Below the pieces are notes generated by a model. It was not told where the DNA came from, made no database searches, and saw nothing but the letters and a program-made list of their open reading frames with translations. Shown piece after piece: positions 1 to 13,882 of a stretch of DNA of 64,000 bases. Origin of the DNA: Octopus vulgaris (taxonomy: Eukaryota); contig OX597835.1 of NCBI GenBank assembly GCA_951406725.2, positions 48,918,001-48,982,000 of the forward strand, in the 5' to 3' direction. The position numbers and the translations under genes are program-made. The stretch's first letter is position 1. Every line of letters starts with the position of its first letter.

Positions 1-222
1 CCCCCCAATCATTGCTGGACAAATGTTGCAATCAATATCGGAATAATGGGTGGGTGGGGGTGACTAAGAACAAGAAGAAGATAAGAGGACTACACTGATA
101 GAGTTGTGTCGGTGAGTCTTTACATCTTGTAGTGATTATCTTGGCTTACGATTGATTTTCCAATGTTCAACCGGTGTTTCAGAGGAACAGTTATCTTAGA
201 AAGTTATTTCCATAACGAATAA

Positions 223-269
<47 letters not shown>

Positions 270-374
270 ACACACACACACAGATGAAAAGCGCACACAC
301 ACAAATACGTGCAAGCAAACGAACATGCACATACGGATGAGATTACGCATCCCAACGTTTATACACACACACAC

Positions 375-407
<33 letters not shown>

Positions 408-556
408 CATACGAGCCTCTGTTTGTGTGCGTGTATATTTATATGCTATATACGTACACACACATACATATGCAACACACCATTGAATGTATATAAAAAC
501 ATTCAGGTAGTCAACATATATAAGCGCAGACACACACGCACAAGCTCACACATATA

Positions 557-881
<325 letters not shown>

Positions 882-1780
882 CTGTATGTGTGTGTGTGTA
901 TGTATGCGTGCATTATATGTATATATCATATGGTTGTATGCATGTATGTGAACACACTCATGAATAGAGTTAAACGAATTGGAATATTATAAAAAAAAAA
1001 CGGCAAGAGGCAGTGACGGTGTCTTGGGGATTGATGCAGATAACGCTATTTCCCCACCACCCCTACCGCTATCCCCATCGTCATCCTCATCACTATTTCC
1101 ACCATTACTGCAATCACCACAGTCGCTGCCATCAACATCATCGCCATCACATTCATTACCACCACAGCTAACGTCCCCATCATTACCACCACCTTCATCA
1201 GGACCATTACCATAAGCACTGTCACCTCGCCTCACCACTACCACTTCCACCACCGCCAACACTAACATCACCACCCATATCACTGCCAACACCACCACTA
1301 CAAGGATAACTACCATCGCCACTCTTATCGTGTGGGGAACACACTGTACAATGAGATCCGGCGGAAGATTAGACCTGAAGCCAAAGAGCTAAAACAAAAA
1401 CCCCACAGAATCGTAGCGGCCATTGCCATTGGAAATAGGAAAGAACACTGGTGGAATGTCCGTGGGAAGGGAAATTGAATAATGACATACGTACAAATAT
1501 GGAAGGTTCCCTACGCAACCTTTCTAAAACCACTTTTCAAACTGTTTTATTGTGTTTATGATTGGATGTCTGCCATACTGTATTTTATCAATTGTAATAC
1601 AATCACAGCTAATATTTAACTTCAAGTTGGTGGCCCATATGAGGTCGCATTAGCTATGGTTTTGATTATGTTATTTAGCAAATCGAAGGGCTTCTAGCAT
1701 CAACGTGTAAGGGACAGGTTCGAAAACTTTCTTACGTACGTGTGTATGTATGGCATGCATGTTTGTATGTATGTATGTAT

Positions 1781-1892
1781 GTAGGTATGTAGGTAGGTAG
1801 GTAGGTAGGTAGGTAGGTAGGTAGGTAGGTAGGTAGGTAGGTAGGTAGGTAGGTAGGTAGGTAGGTAGGTAGGTAGGTAGGTAGGTAGGTAG
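1781..1892. repeat. (TAGG)n microsatellite
   Basis: Uninterrupted GGTA tetramers. Confidence 0.97.
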
Positions 1893-1981
1893 GAAGGTAA
1901 GTATTTTCGTTTTGCCTTTGGTAAAAAGGTTGTGAATGAAAGTATCTTGATGATTATGCTTTAAATCTTTAAAAAAGGCTG

Positions 1982-2015
<34 letters not shown>

Positions 2016-2018
<3 letters not shown>

Positions 2019-2257
2019 CGGGAAGCTTTATGAAAATAGACAAAAGACGAAGGCAGGTTTACGGAAATAAACAAAAGACGAAGGCAGGTGGAATACAAAC
2101 AAACAATTGTATTAGTATGGCGCTCAGGAATATAAATAAAACAAGTCTTTAACGTTTCGAGCCTACGCTCTTCAACAGAAAGATACACAGAGAAGAAACA
2201 CAGAAAGAAGGAGAGAAAAAAATGCGTGCAGAGGCTAGCGAATCAACATGGCGATCT
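2016..2257 (-). mobile_element. Penelope-like element 3' terminal repeat fragment, family A
   Basis: Near-identical to 45708-45923, which lies downstream of a GIY-YIG C-terminus; carries a hammerhead motif; 3' end abuts (TA)n. Confidence 0.8.
2146..2183 (-). ncRNA. Minimal type I hammerhead ribozyme, A6U core variant
   Basis: Minus strand: UCUUU-CUGUUGA-A-GAGC(GUAG)GCUC-GAAA-CG-UU-AAAGA; helix I 5 bp, helix II 4 bp, palindromic ACGU helix III. Confidence 0.8.
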
Positions 2258-2259
2258 TC

Positions 2260-2294
<35 letters not shown>

Positions 2295-2352
2295 CTCTGC
2301 TATGTATTGAGTACCTTATTTACTGTGGTTAACCCCGAATCAACCCGGGACC

Positions 2353-2420
<68 letters not shown>

Positions 2421-2738
2421 GTAAAAAGTAAAAGAGTCAAAAGGAAGAGCAAGTACGGTTAAGCAGCTTTTTAATAATCACTACAAATATTTCGATACAT
2501 ACAGATCCTCGTATATACAGGTTTTAAAGTTAAGTTTAAATTTAAATTAAATTATATAACGATTTACCATTATAAGATGATATATGTGTATCTCCTCGGG
2601 CGATATTCAATTGCTGTCTCCGTAAGTAAATCTAGATTTCCATGCTACAACACACATGGCTCCTTTGAAATTTCAGAATTCTAAGGGTGAACGAGTTCTA
2701 TTTGTACTCTAATACGCTCTTAACAGAACACACCTCAG

Positions 2739-2801
<63 letters not shown>

Positions 2802-3754
2802 TGTGTGTGTTTGTGTATGTGTGCGTATATGCATGTATTTACGCATGTATATATGTTGTGTTACGTCACACATTTTGCTACTGGGGATAACCTCGCATGA
2901 TCCAGTGGTCGGATTCTAAACCCTATCAAGTCTCCTTGTTAAGGCGGGGATTTTCATTGGACAGAACAAAACCAACCAAGGGATGGATTAATTCAGTTGA
3001 TTCAACGCCCGTCCATCGGACAGGAGGAAGAGATCATTAGTTTTTGTTCAGACCTTTGATTCTCAGATGGGGTTCATATAAGATTTTGGGGGTCCACACG
3101 AGCAAACTAGTAAATCGGTCAGTTTTTTATGGATCCATGAAAAGATTTTGCTTTAGATGTAAGAAACAGATTTCTTTCTTTGAAGTTTTAGTTAGTTCAG
3201 GCTACACAAGTGAATGTACGATAAATAAACTAGAAATTTTGAAAGGAATATCTATAAAACTACTTTTCAAACATCGAATAGCTATGGGTGTTCACCAGAA
3301 TAAAATAGTAATGAAAGGGTTCCTTAGTTTAAAAAATGATCGAGAACCACTCACTGGTTTATACATATCTCTAAGAGATGGAAATTTCGAAATAACACCC
3401 GTCTCCCTGTGCAACGAAAATCTTGCTCATTCTGTTTTCTGGACTACTTGGCTTTGTAGGTGAGAGTCCTAGCGATGTGGTGCAAACTGCTCTATACCTT
3501 AAATTTCACTAAGGCTATGGCTGTCAGTCATTGTCTTTAACAACTAGGATAAGATAATTCATTAGTGACACTCGGACTTGTCCACGAGTTGACAGCCTCC
3601 ATGTATGTAAGTCTGTATGTATGTATGTATGTATGTATGCATGTTGTCTGTATTTATGTATTTATGTATGTATTTATGTATGTATTTATGCATGTACGTG
3701 CATCTATCTATCTTCATCTGGTTGTATGCATTTGCGTGTCAATATATGTAAGTT

Positions 3755-4235
3755 TAAGATCTGTATGGAAGTCAGACCTTCGTAACGACCTGAAGATCAT
3801 TCTCTTCGTTGCTGCAGTGGAGCCTGTACTGTTGTTCGGATCTGAGACTTGGACACTGTCCAAGAAGCTAACTCAGATGGCGAATGGGTGCTACACGAGA
3901 ATGCTGAAGATGGCCCTGAATATTAATCAGTATACACTGAGGATGAAGAACTCAGCGCTGTACGAGAGCCTCCCAAAGGTTAGCTCGAAAGACTAACACA
4001 GAAGAGAGTGAAGTTAGCTGGACATGCTGACCATCATTCAGAGTTGATACTGCACTCGGTGCTCCTGTAGGATCGCCCTACATGGACACACTTGAAGAGG
4101 GAGACCGAGGATGACATAGGTTGATGCTCTAAGGACAGACTCTGGTCTCTGGGAGACACAGGACATGACAGTGATGATGGCGGACAAAGACCGCTGGAGA
4201 AAAACTTGTCCATCGATCTCAGGAATGTTACCCGC
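3755..4235 (+). mobile_element. RTE-like non-LTR retrotransposon 3' fragment, degenerate
   Basis: Translates to VEPVLLFGSETWTL...GCYTRMLKMALNI, then RVKLAGH, typical RTE-clade post-RT motifs; frameshifts and stops. Confidence 0.8.
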
Positions 4236-5099
4236 CCTAGGTAGATAGATGTGTGTGTGTGTGTGTGTGTGTAAGTTTGTGCGTGTGTGTGTGTGTGTAT
4301 TATAGATATATGGATAACTTGATATAAAATTATATCAAATATATATATAAATGTATATATAAACACATATATTACATGTATGTGCATATATACACGTGTG
4401 TGCGTGTGTTTGTATGAATGTATATATATAACTCTTTATAGACGTCTCTGTTCCAATACATTAATTGATAATTCCCACACTTATTCTGTAGAGAGTGCGG
4501 GGTTGGCAGATATTTCCTCTCGAATATAAATCCAGTTCCCCCCCCCCACACACACACACACTCTCGCCACCACTAGTACTATAACCCTTCCAACCATTTG
4601 ATAACAACCCAGATAAATAACTTATTTGTTTAATCAAGGAAAAAAAAGGAAAGGGGGTAAGAGTACTGCTGCAGTTGTTGCTATAATCGCCTCCCCACCC
4701 CCCAGAAAAATGCCGCTGCGACTCCTACCCTCACCCCGCCCGTGACCTCACTTCCATTGCAACCTGTAATAATGTGGAACTACTTCAGGCTCTCAACCAA
4801 CGAAATTGCTAAATGTCAACAATTGAACCCCTACACGGAGACATACAACTATTTTTTTTCTTTTCTTTCTTTCTTTTTTTTTTTGTTTGTTTGTCTGATG
4901 GATTCTGTCAGCGTAATCCACCTTAATCCGTTTTTCAACATGTTATCTCTGGGAGAAATCATAAACGTAATTCCACTGTAATTCTATTCTAACGATTTAT
5001 GGGCCGACTATGTAGCCATAAATGTGTTCGTGCGCGCTCGCGCGCGTGTGTGTGTGTATACAGACACACAGACACATACACACACAGTGGCAGAGATTG

Positions 5100-5136
<37 letters not shown>

Positions 5137-6271
5137 GAGACAGGGATCTTTAAACCAACTGAAAACGGCGAGGTCGCAGTTTGCTAGTTGACGATATCAG
5201 TACATTCGTCAAATCGCTTGAGAGCACAACTGGCAACATGTGGCCCAGTATAACCTGACGCATGGTCAGGTCACTAGCAACAAAACTGGTAAGTTTGCTC
5301 GGTGAGGAGGGTGATTTTGCACACCTTCCTGGATGTAAAAGAACACCTGTCAGAAGAGCCGGCGGAATTTATAGCAGGGGAGGGTTGGGGGGAACGAGGA
5401 TGTCCGAGTCACCCTTTGCGTTTAGATATGTATGTATAGGTTGCATGTTTCCTATTATTCAAATGGAGCTTGGAAGAATTGAGAAGCCTTCATCTCCACA
5501 GCTTCATGTATGGCGTCAGGTGACAACATTCCATGTTGCTGGGTTAGAAACCACGATGCATGCATCTGGAGTAATATTTTCTCGTCTAGACACATAGCAA
5601 ATTAGATCTTTAGCTTGTTTGGGAATCTCTTACATTATCATAAAATTCAGTCGTCTTGACTTTGTCTTTTCACTGGGCTTATTTTATGAGAATGAGAAAG
5701 TACGTCTGATATGTGCACAGCTCTTTCTCACTTCATTTTTTCAAAAAAAATAACTTGTGACAGTCTAACAACGGTTGTAATGAGTAAGACTGTATGACAC
5801 ATAATTGATAGACACCCAACTAAGAACCTTATTGCGGTGGCTGAAGCATTTCTCACATCTACACCAATGAAACACACAACCGCTTCCTTAGTTTCAGGTG
5901 CAGGAATGGTGAAGTATAGGCAGAAGTAGACACCGTTTTCCCATCCCCGATCACATGACGGCGCCTTTGTAGCAAGACTGCTTAGTCAGCCATTGTTTTC
6001 ATTGATTATTGATGGCTGAAATTTTGGAACCAGAGACGGCGACCCTTTCATTGAGTTCGTGGAGTTAAACCACACTTACAACAGTCTATGGCTACATGAT
6101 GTCATCAACAGTATGAATATAAGTGCCACTGGATCTTCCTCGGGAATTCCTCAGTGTCGGTCGAGTGTATAACAAATGAGAGAAATCGAGGGAACGATGC
6201 AAGATGAGTCGAAACGATCGTTGTGGTTAATAAAGAATCTCGTGAATTCTCTTTTCTCTTTCACTCATTTG

Positions 6272-6336
<65 letters not shown>

Positions 6337-6794
6337 CTGTATGCATCCTTCAAAAGAAATATGCTTCCCTAAGTTTCAATGAGCTCAGAATTAACCCTGA
6401 AGAAATCCTACCATAATATAATTAGAATATGATGCTTTTCTTAGCATTTAACCAAATGCTTGGCAATTCTGATCAACTCGGTGGTCGGACTGAAACATAT
6501 ATGTAGGTTCCTTAATTATATTTTTTCAGCTTTACAACTTGTAATCAATTTATTTGAACTGTTATATTTTTAAAAAGAAATCTTCATCCTTTTATAACAC
6601 AAATAAATTATTAATGCATCCATTATTTCTCCATTTTCTTGTTTCTATAAATATTGATAATGTATAATTTCAATAATCTCTAACAGCAACTTTCGCATTA
6701 TATGATAGGATTAACCAGTGGAATACCTTGGATTATATAATCCCTAATCATGATATAACTTCCTCGAATTAACTATATATATACATATATATGG

Positions 6795-6893
6795 TATGTG
6801 ACAATTATTTGGTAGCCATGATAAAACTCCTAGTTTCGGATATTGGGATGGAAACTCGCAGTTTTATCATGGCTACCGAATAATTGTCACATA
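6795..6893. repeat. About 100-nt inverted repeat with 34-bp arms
   Basis: tatgtgacaattatttggtagccatgataaaact (6795-6828) pairs with 6860-6893 with one G-T; inner agtttc/gaaact pairing. Confidence 0.92.
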
Positions 6894-7429
6894 TTACATT
6901 ACAGATAAATTTCTCTATTTACATAATATCGAGATCTCTTTCATTCTTTTGTTGTCTTAGCATTTCTATCAATATATATATACATATATATATATATATG
7001 TGTGTGTGTGTCCGCATGGCTTGTTAGATTTCTACTAATTTTTCTACCAGGACATGAACTCTGGAAATTGCCGTAGAGAGTAGACTTCCACGAATTGTAT
7101 TATATGCCATTTATATATATATATATTTTAAAATAAGCATTGAATTTTATGGATCTTTTAATTGAAACTCTTAATAGCTCTTAATTTTAGTACGAAAACT
7201 AATTTATCAGTTTTCCTTTTCTCAAACTTTCTTCCATATATATCTTACATGGCTGCTATTTACATGTATTTTTATGTATATTTATATTTTTTAAAAGTAT
7301 CCATATATGTCGATATGTATTAATATATATATCTATATGCATTTTAAGTCGAATTTATAATTGTATGAGTATGTATAAAAGGTTGATTGCCTAATTTGAG
7401 TTTTTTAAAATCCCACATATATATTCTCT

Positions 7430-7821
7430 CTCTTTTACTCTTTTACTTGTTTCAGTCATTTGACTGCGGTCATGCTGGAGCACCACCTTTAATCGAGCAA
7501 CTCGACCCCGGGACTTATTCTTTGTAAGCACAGTACTTATTCTATCGGTCTCTTTTTGCCGAACCGCTAAGTAACGGGGACATAAACACACCAGCATCGG
7601 TTGTCAAGCAATGCTAGGGGGACAAACACAGACACACAAACACACACACACATACATATATATACATATATACGACGGACTTCTTTCAGTTTCCGTCTAC
7701 CAAATCCACTCACAAGGCTTTGGTCGGCCCGAGGCTATAGTAGAAGACACTTGCCCAAGATGCCACGCAGTCGGACTGAACCCGGAACCATGTGGTTGGT
7801 AAACAAGCTACTTACCACACA
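7430..7821 (-). mobile_element. tRNA-derived SINE, family S1 (octopus OR-type-like)
   Basis: B-box-like GGTTCAGTCC head on minus strand, internal CA/TA tract, GTAAAAGA-repeat tail; high identity to copies at 27.4, 40.3, 50.4, 53.8 and 61.0 kb. Confidence 0.9.
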
Positions 7822-8770
7822 CACATTCACATATGTATATATACAAATACATACATACATAGATACATACACATCTATGTGTATGTATACACTGGCGTGG
7901 ATATAGCTCTGTGTGGATGTGGCAGACAAGTTAAATATTGGAGATAAGGAATACCCTCATCTCCCACACTCCATCAAACACATTTAAAAAAAAATAGGGT
8001 GACTCTAGGATCCATTGGATCAGATAATCATAGACACGACACGACGTAGGAAATGAAAGAGCGAGATGGTCACCGCTAGAACGCCCTATAACCATAGGTC
8101 TAATGCTTGATTAAGTGATAGGGGCAGACACAGGGCTGCACGGTCACGATGGCGACGACGACGACGACGACGGCGGCGGGGCTAAGAATGTTGAAATATT
8201 CCAGTTATTTTGCTAAGCTGTGAAGAAATTGACACTGTCATGATTGTCAACTGTTTAATTTGGTTTAGATAACAAACCTATAACCACTTTGGCTTCCTAG
8301 GTTACAACATGTGTATCAGTGTCTTGGTCTCTTTGTGTGTATGTGGGTCCTGGGTACGTGTGTGTGTGTGTGCGAGTACGGGTGTATTTGGGTCTTTTCC
8401 ATCTGCCTCGATCTCAGTCTTTTTCTTTATCTCTCACCCTTTCTCTCTTTCTCTCTTTCTTGATGTGTGTGTGTATATATGCGTTTGGTGTGTGTCTATC
8501 CATCTGTGTGCACATATGTTTCTATATTCGCGAGTATCTGTATCTCTGTATCAGTCTCCTCACCCTCTCTCTCACTCTCTCTCTATCTATCTATCTTTAT
8601 CTCTACCAGTATATGTATGTATGTGTGTATGTATGAATGTATGTATGTGCATATACATGTGTGTCTGTGTCTCTGAGTCTGCCTCTCTCAGTCTCTCTCT
8701 CTATCTCTCTCTCCTTCCCTCCCTTGCGTTCCCTCGCTCCGTCAGTTCTCTCTCTCTCTCTCTCTCTCCC

Positions 8771-8806
<36 letters not shown>

Positions 8807-8836
8807 GTGTGTGTGTGTGTCTGTGTGTGTCTGTGT

Positions 8837-8887
<51 letters not shown>

Positions 8888-9796
8888 TGTGCATGTTTGT
8901 GTGTGTATCGTTGTGCGTACTCGTATCTATCAATGCTTAGCAACATTTCCCTGTGTGTGTGTTTGTGTGTGTGCGTGCGCGTGCGTGTGTGCGTGCGCGT
9001 GCGTGCGCGCGCGTACATGTTCGGACGCCTGTTGGTGTGTAAGGAAATCTGTGTATGTGGACATGCATATTGTGTCCATGAGTCTCTTCCATTCCCTCTC
9101 TCTCCCTCCCTCTCTCTCCATTTATCTACCTCTATATCTCTCTTTTTGTGTATGTATGTGTATATGTATATATATATATATGTTTGTATGTATGTATCTA
9201 TGTATCTATCTATCTATGTATATGTGTATGTATGTATGCATGTATGCATGAGTGTGTGTCTGTGAGTTTGCCTCTCTCTCTCTCCTTCTCTTTCTCTGTC
9301 AGTCTATCTGTCTATCTCTATCTCTCTTTCTGTATATAAATGTATGTGTGTGTATGCATGTATATCTGCGTGTGTATGTGTGCGTCTGCGAGTAGAATCG
9401 TTTGTCAATCTGACTGACGTATGTATGTGTATGTTTATATATATCAATGCATTGTGAGTCTGATAGTATGTGCATGTTTATGTGGTCTGTGTATGTGCGG
9501 TTGTATGTGTGCATGTATGTGTGTGTCTCTGTGTGTGTGTGTGTGTGTGTCTTTATCTGTGTCAGGGTGTGAGATGTTTACGGTAGATGTGTGTTTGTAT
9601 CTATGTCAGGGTGTGGTCGTGTGTCTCTCCGTGACTCCCAACCTCTCACTACCTCCCTTCCTCTCTTTCTACCTCTTTCACTCTCTCTCTCTCTCTCTCT
9701 CTCGTTCGTTGTATGCTTGTGTCATTGTCTGTTTGTTTTAACACATCTACGCACTCACACATAGGCGTATACATGCACGCATATAATATATACATT

Positions 9797-9844
<48 letters not shown>

Positions 9845-9921
9845 AATGTATACATTATGTACATGTATGCATGTATATGTGCATATATATACATTAACGT
9901 ATTCACACTCACACACATGTA

Positions 9922-9977
<56 letters not shown>

Positions 9978-11176
9978 CGTACATACATACATACATACAT
10001 ACATACATACATACATACATACATACATACATACATACATACATACATACGCACAGACAAACAAACATACTTACCGACAAACAGACACACAGACAGATAA
10101 TTGTGTATGAACACATGATGCATATGTATATATGTATGACATTTTTGTAACTAGTTAACTGCATATTTTTAGCTGGTGACCAGAAATAAAGGAACAAAGG
10201 TTTCCAACTGACTCTGGTACAAGATGCTGAAGCGAATGACAGGAAGATAGCGCGTAGCAGGATGTGAGACGTCAACGGTTCTCTGTCTGTTCCTTGGAAA
10301 GTGTTAGCATACACTCAGTTCTGTGTCGGCGAGTCGATATTACCTCGGTACTTCGTTCACTTTTTGCATGAATTGATTTGTACTAAGATATTTGAACTAT
10401 TCTCATAATGGGTGAATCAGTCTAATCATAAGCAATGCAATGTTAATATATTCAGTTATGTTCATGTATTGTCAATTGTATTTCTATAGCAATGCAGTGT
10501 TTTCTTTGTGATAGTCTTTGAAAGAACTCAGGGACTCTTTTACTGGAAAAATAAAACACTCATATTTCTCTCTGAAGTGTGCAGTAAAATCACCGGGAGA
10601 AGAGCACAAATAAATGGAACCCCTGCTGGCTTCTAGGCAACTTATAACAGGAAAAAAGGGAGAAAAAAGGACTCAAATATAGCCTGTGCTTTAAATGGAT
10701 ATCAATCATCTTTGTTATTGTTTATTTAACTACAAATACTTAGCGATCTATGTGCCATACGAACACGCATGCGCAAACACGCATTTATGATGCATACATA
10801 TTTAATTTTCTATCTTTCTGTAATCTCCCGGGTGTGATTTTAATGGAGATTTGACTCTTACTTGTATCAAGTAATAAAACAGTTTTTCTTTGTTTTATTT
10901 TGTATTGATTTCTTTGTATGATACAAAGTTTCATTGCAGCAGATTCTTAAAAGGAAAGTCGGAATCGTCGACGAACTTGCAAAATATTTTGTTTCAAATA
11001 AAGGGCAAAGAACCACCGCAAAAAAATATGAACAACCGTTGAAAAACAGGTCGTGAGAGACATTCTTATTCTTTCTCATAAATCAGTTTTAAAGGAAAAT
11101 AAAACTTATATTCTTTATATGCAAGGCGTATAAGTAAATACTCTAACACGCACTCAAGCGTGTATATCAATGTATG

Positions 11177-11220
<44 letters not shown>

Positions 11221-11224
<4 letters not shown>

Positions 11225-11430
11225 ATCCAAACATGAAAGCACAAAAAAAAACGCAACAACGCGAGGACGTGGAACAAATATAGTATTATTGGACGCTCAG
11301 GAAAGAAGGAAAGACGGAGGGTTTAACGTTTCGAGCGGAGCTCTTCGTCGGAAACATAGGAAAAGGAAAGATCCAGAGAAAGGAAGACAGAGGAAAAAAA
11401 TCGCCAACGGTACACACGCGGTCATACATA
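11221..11430 (-). mobile_element. PLE terminal repeat fragment, family B
   Basis: Homologous to 58541-58715; hammerhead motif; 3' end abuts (TA)n. Confidence 0.75.
11321..11355 (-). ncRNA. Minimal type I hammerhead, family B, U4C change
   Basis: GUUU-CCGACGA-A-GAGC(UCC)GCUC-GAAA-CG-UU-AAAC. Confidence 0.75.
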
Positions 11431-12166
11431 TATCTATCATACAAATATTAGATTCGTTTGGACACACACACACACACACACACACATAGTGCCCCTCTTC
11501 AAACATGAAGTGCACCACATGCTTGAAGCTCTAATGAAGCTATAGAGTGAAACTTAAGCACTAAACTATGCGCCCACTGCACATTGTAGCAGAAACAGCA
11601 GTAAGCCAATGAAGTTCGTAACATAATCTTTAATTCCTTTGCCATTGTAATTTCTTATTAACGCTCTGTACTCGACTGATGTTTCGTTTCGAAGGCTATG
11701 GATATGGAGTTCTGGCACCAGGCTATTAGCCTCGCAATGCCTAAGCGACATATACACGTGCGTGTGTGTGTGTGTATGTTTGTGTTTGTGTGTGCGTGTG
11801 TGTGTGTGTGTGTGTGTCGTAGCAGTAACCAGAATTTTAGGAATAATTGAACATGTATTTTCCCCCTCTCCCTGTTTCTTATCTCTCTTTATTACTCTTT
11901 CCCTCTCACCTCTCATTCTTCTCCTCCCCCTCTCTCTCTCTCTCTCTTTCTCCCTTCCTCTCTCTCTCTCTCTCCTTGTGTGACAAGAATGGTCTTATGA
12001 AATGAATGATTTCTGCGAGTAGTATCGGATCTTATCCAAAATTGTTCCAGATGTTGGAGCTTCGGTAAACAAAAAGACAGGAAGTTGAAGCACTGACAGC
12101 CATCACAGCAGCAGCAGCAGCATCGGCGGCAGCAACTACCAAAGAGTAAAAAATATATATATTTGT

Positions 12167-12215
12167 TAATAATAATAATAACAACAACAACAACAACAAC
12201 AATAATAATAACAAC

Positions 12216-12280
<65 letters not shown>

Positions 12281-12321
12281 TGATAATAATGATAATAATA
12301 ATAAAAAAATAATAATAAAAA

Positions 12322-12401
<80 letters not shown>

Positions 12402-12405
12402 GTAA
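12167..12405. repeat. (AAT)n/(AAC)n microsatellite, followed by a SINE 3' tail on the minus strand (12406-12475)
   Basis: Direct reading; the tail resembles 17232-17300 and the 3' ends at 29140-29180 and 33570-33616. Confidence 0.85.
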
Positions 12406-12480
12406 TGGTTTTAAATTTAGCACACAACCACCAGTTTTAAGGGACGGGATAAGTCGATTACCCTAATCCCATTTTTCTAA

Positions 12481-12593
12481 AAGAAGAAGAAGAAGAAGAA
12501 GAAGAAGAAGAAGAAGAAGAAGAAGAAGAAGAAGAAGAAGAAGAAGAAGAAGAAGAAGAAGAAGAAGAAGAAGAAGAAGAAGAAGAAGAAGAA
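12481..12593. repeat. Pure (GAA)n tract of about 37 units
   Basis: Direct reading. Confidence 0.98.
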
Positions 12594-13109
12594 GGGTTTC
12601 TGAGGAAAGGAAATTTGGGATAACAAGGCACCCAGTTCTTTATATGTTATCGTCTCCGAAAGGAAAAAAATCCCAAGTTCTTTGTTTTCAAACAGGAACC
12701 ACAAAAGCTAGAACTTAATACCACAAGACATTTCTTCAGACTCTATAACGATTTTGACACAAGAACGAATACAACAACAACAATAACTGATAGTGATAAT
12801 GATGACGACGTCGACGACGATGATGATAATGATGGTGGTGATGATGATGACGATAATGATGGTGATGATGATGATGATGATGACAAGAACAACAACAACA
12901 ATAATAATAATGATAATAATAACAGCAACAACAAGAGCACTCAGAGAGCGCAAAACTCGGCGATGGCAACACCAACGTCCTCTGAACGTTTAGCTGGAGA
13001 GGATTTTTAAAAGGAGAGTATCTGAAATACACTCGACTGCTCTCTCGGACGAGAATACGAAAACTGAACCCGACTGCACTCAAAAATTAAGTAAAAAAAA
13101 AAAAATGAT

Positions 13110-13297
13110 AAATAATCCCGAATCCTTGTCCGGAATCGGATCAGCCCCCATATCTAATCAGTTCGTGCCACTCACGAGGTCAAGCATCCTTGAAAGTTTC
13201 ATCCGAATCCATTTAGCGGTTTTTGAGATATCTTGTCCACGGACAAACAAACGCGACTAAAAACAATACCTCCGCCGTCGCTAAGGCGGAGGTATAA
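13110..13297 (-). mobile_element. Helentron-associated non-autonomous element (DINE-1/HINE-like) end fragment
   Basis: Minus strand starts TTATACC with a TACCTCCGCC/GGCGGAGGTA stem-loop, then GTTTGTTTGTCCGT and GATATCTCAAAAACCGCT, matching the DINE-1-type layout. Confidence 0.65.
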
Positions 13298-13371
13298 ATA
13301 ATAAAAAAAATTATAATGATAATAATAATGATGATGATGACGACGACGACGATGACGATGGTGATGATGAT

Positions 13372-13882
13372 GCAGTACCAGGCAGTGGCTCTCATGGTTT
13401 CTGATCTTAACTGATTGGAAGTGTTATCCTGTACATTGTTTTGTCTTGGTATAAAAGATGGGCTACAGCGAATATTCTACTCAATACCACAGATTTGCTT
13501 GTCAGTTGTTTGACCTTAACCAGTTGAGCATGTCCCTTAATGGCTGACGATATGTCCATCTCTAATCATAAGCAAAAATAGTAGGGGAGCATCGTAGCCA
13601 AAGGAACTCTTTGGAGTTTGGATAATTCACCTCTGGAAACATGGGTGTTTCGTTCAACATCCTTAAACAACCCTTATTCAGGGACCTTTTGAGCGGGATG
13701 GGTTACTCGACTAGAAGAAAATTCTAACTGGGCCCCTCTTGCAAGGTCATGTGCTGTTTATCACCATGTCACACACATATGGTTGTGATGCATGTGCCTA
13801 GTGTACCCTTATCAGACGTGTAGTCATGATGGGTATACTGGGCTTCGTATATTTTACCCCAGTGTCGCTTTGATGGCATGCA
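13372..13882 (+). mobile_element. About 510-bp non-coding repeat, family N, longest copy in the window
   Basis: Reverse complement of 32733-33121 and 53278-53728; starts right after a GAT/GAC/AAT tract; lacks the terminal CTGCTCTCTCACTC(AAT)n. Confidence 0.85.

Noticed and set aside
987-1322. Ser/Pro-rich and Asp/Gly-rich ORFs
   Set aside because: Decayed CAC/CAT trinucleotide sequence with no domain or splice support.
2480-2530. GAAAUAUUUGUA motif on the minus strand; similar partial motifs near 36205, 44160, 45927, 47835 and 53010
   Set aside because: Only part of the core or helices is present, so they were not called.
3044-3463. 139-aa non-repetitive ORF
   Set aside because: No recognisable motif, TTG start, and length plausible by chance.
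5141-5294. Strong donor-like CTG|GTAAGT at about 5288
   Set aside because: All frames upstream contain stops for the acceptors I tried, so no coding exon is supportable.
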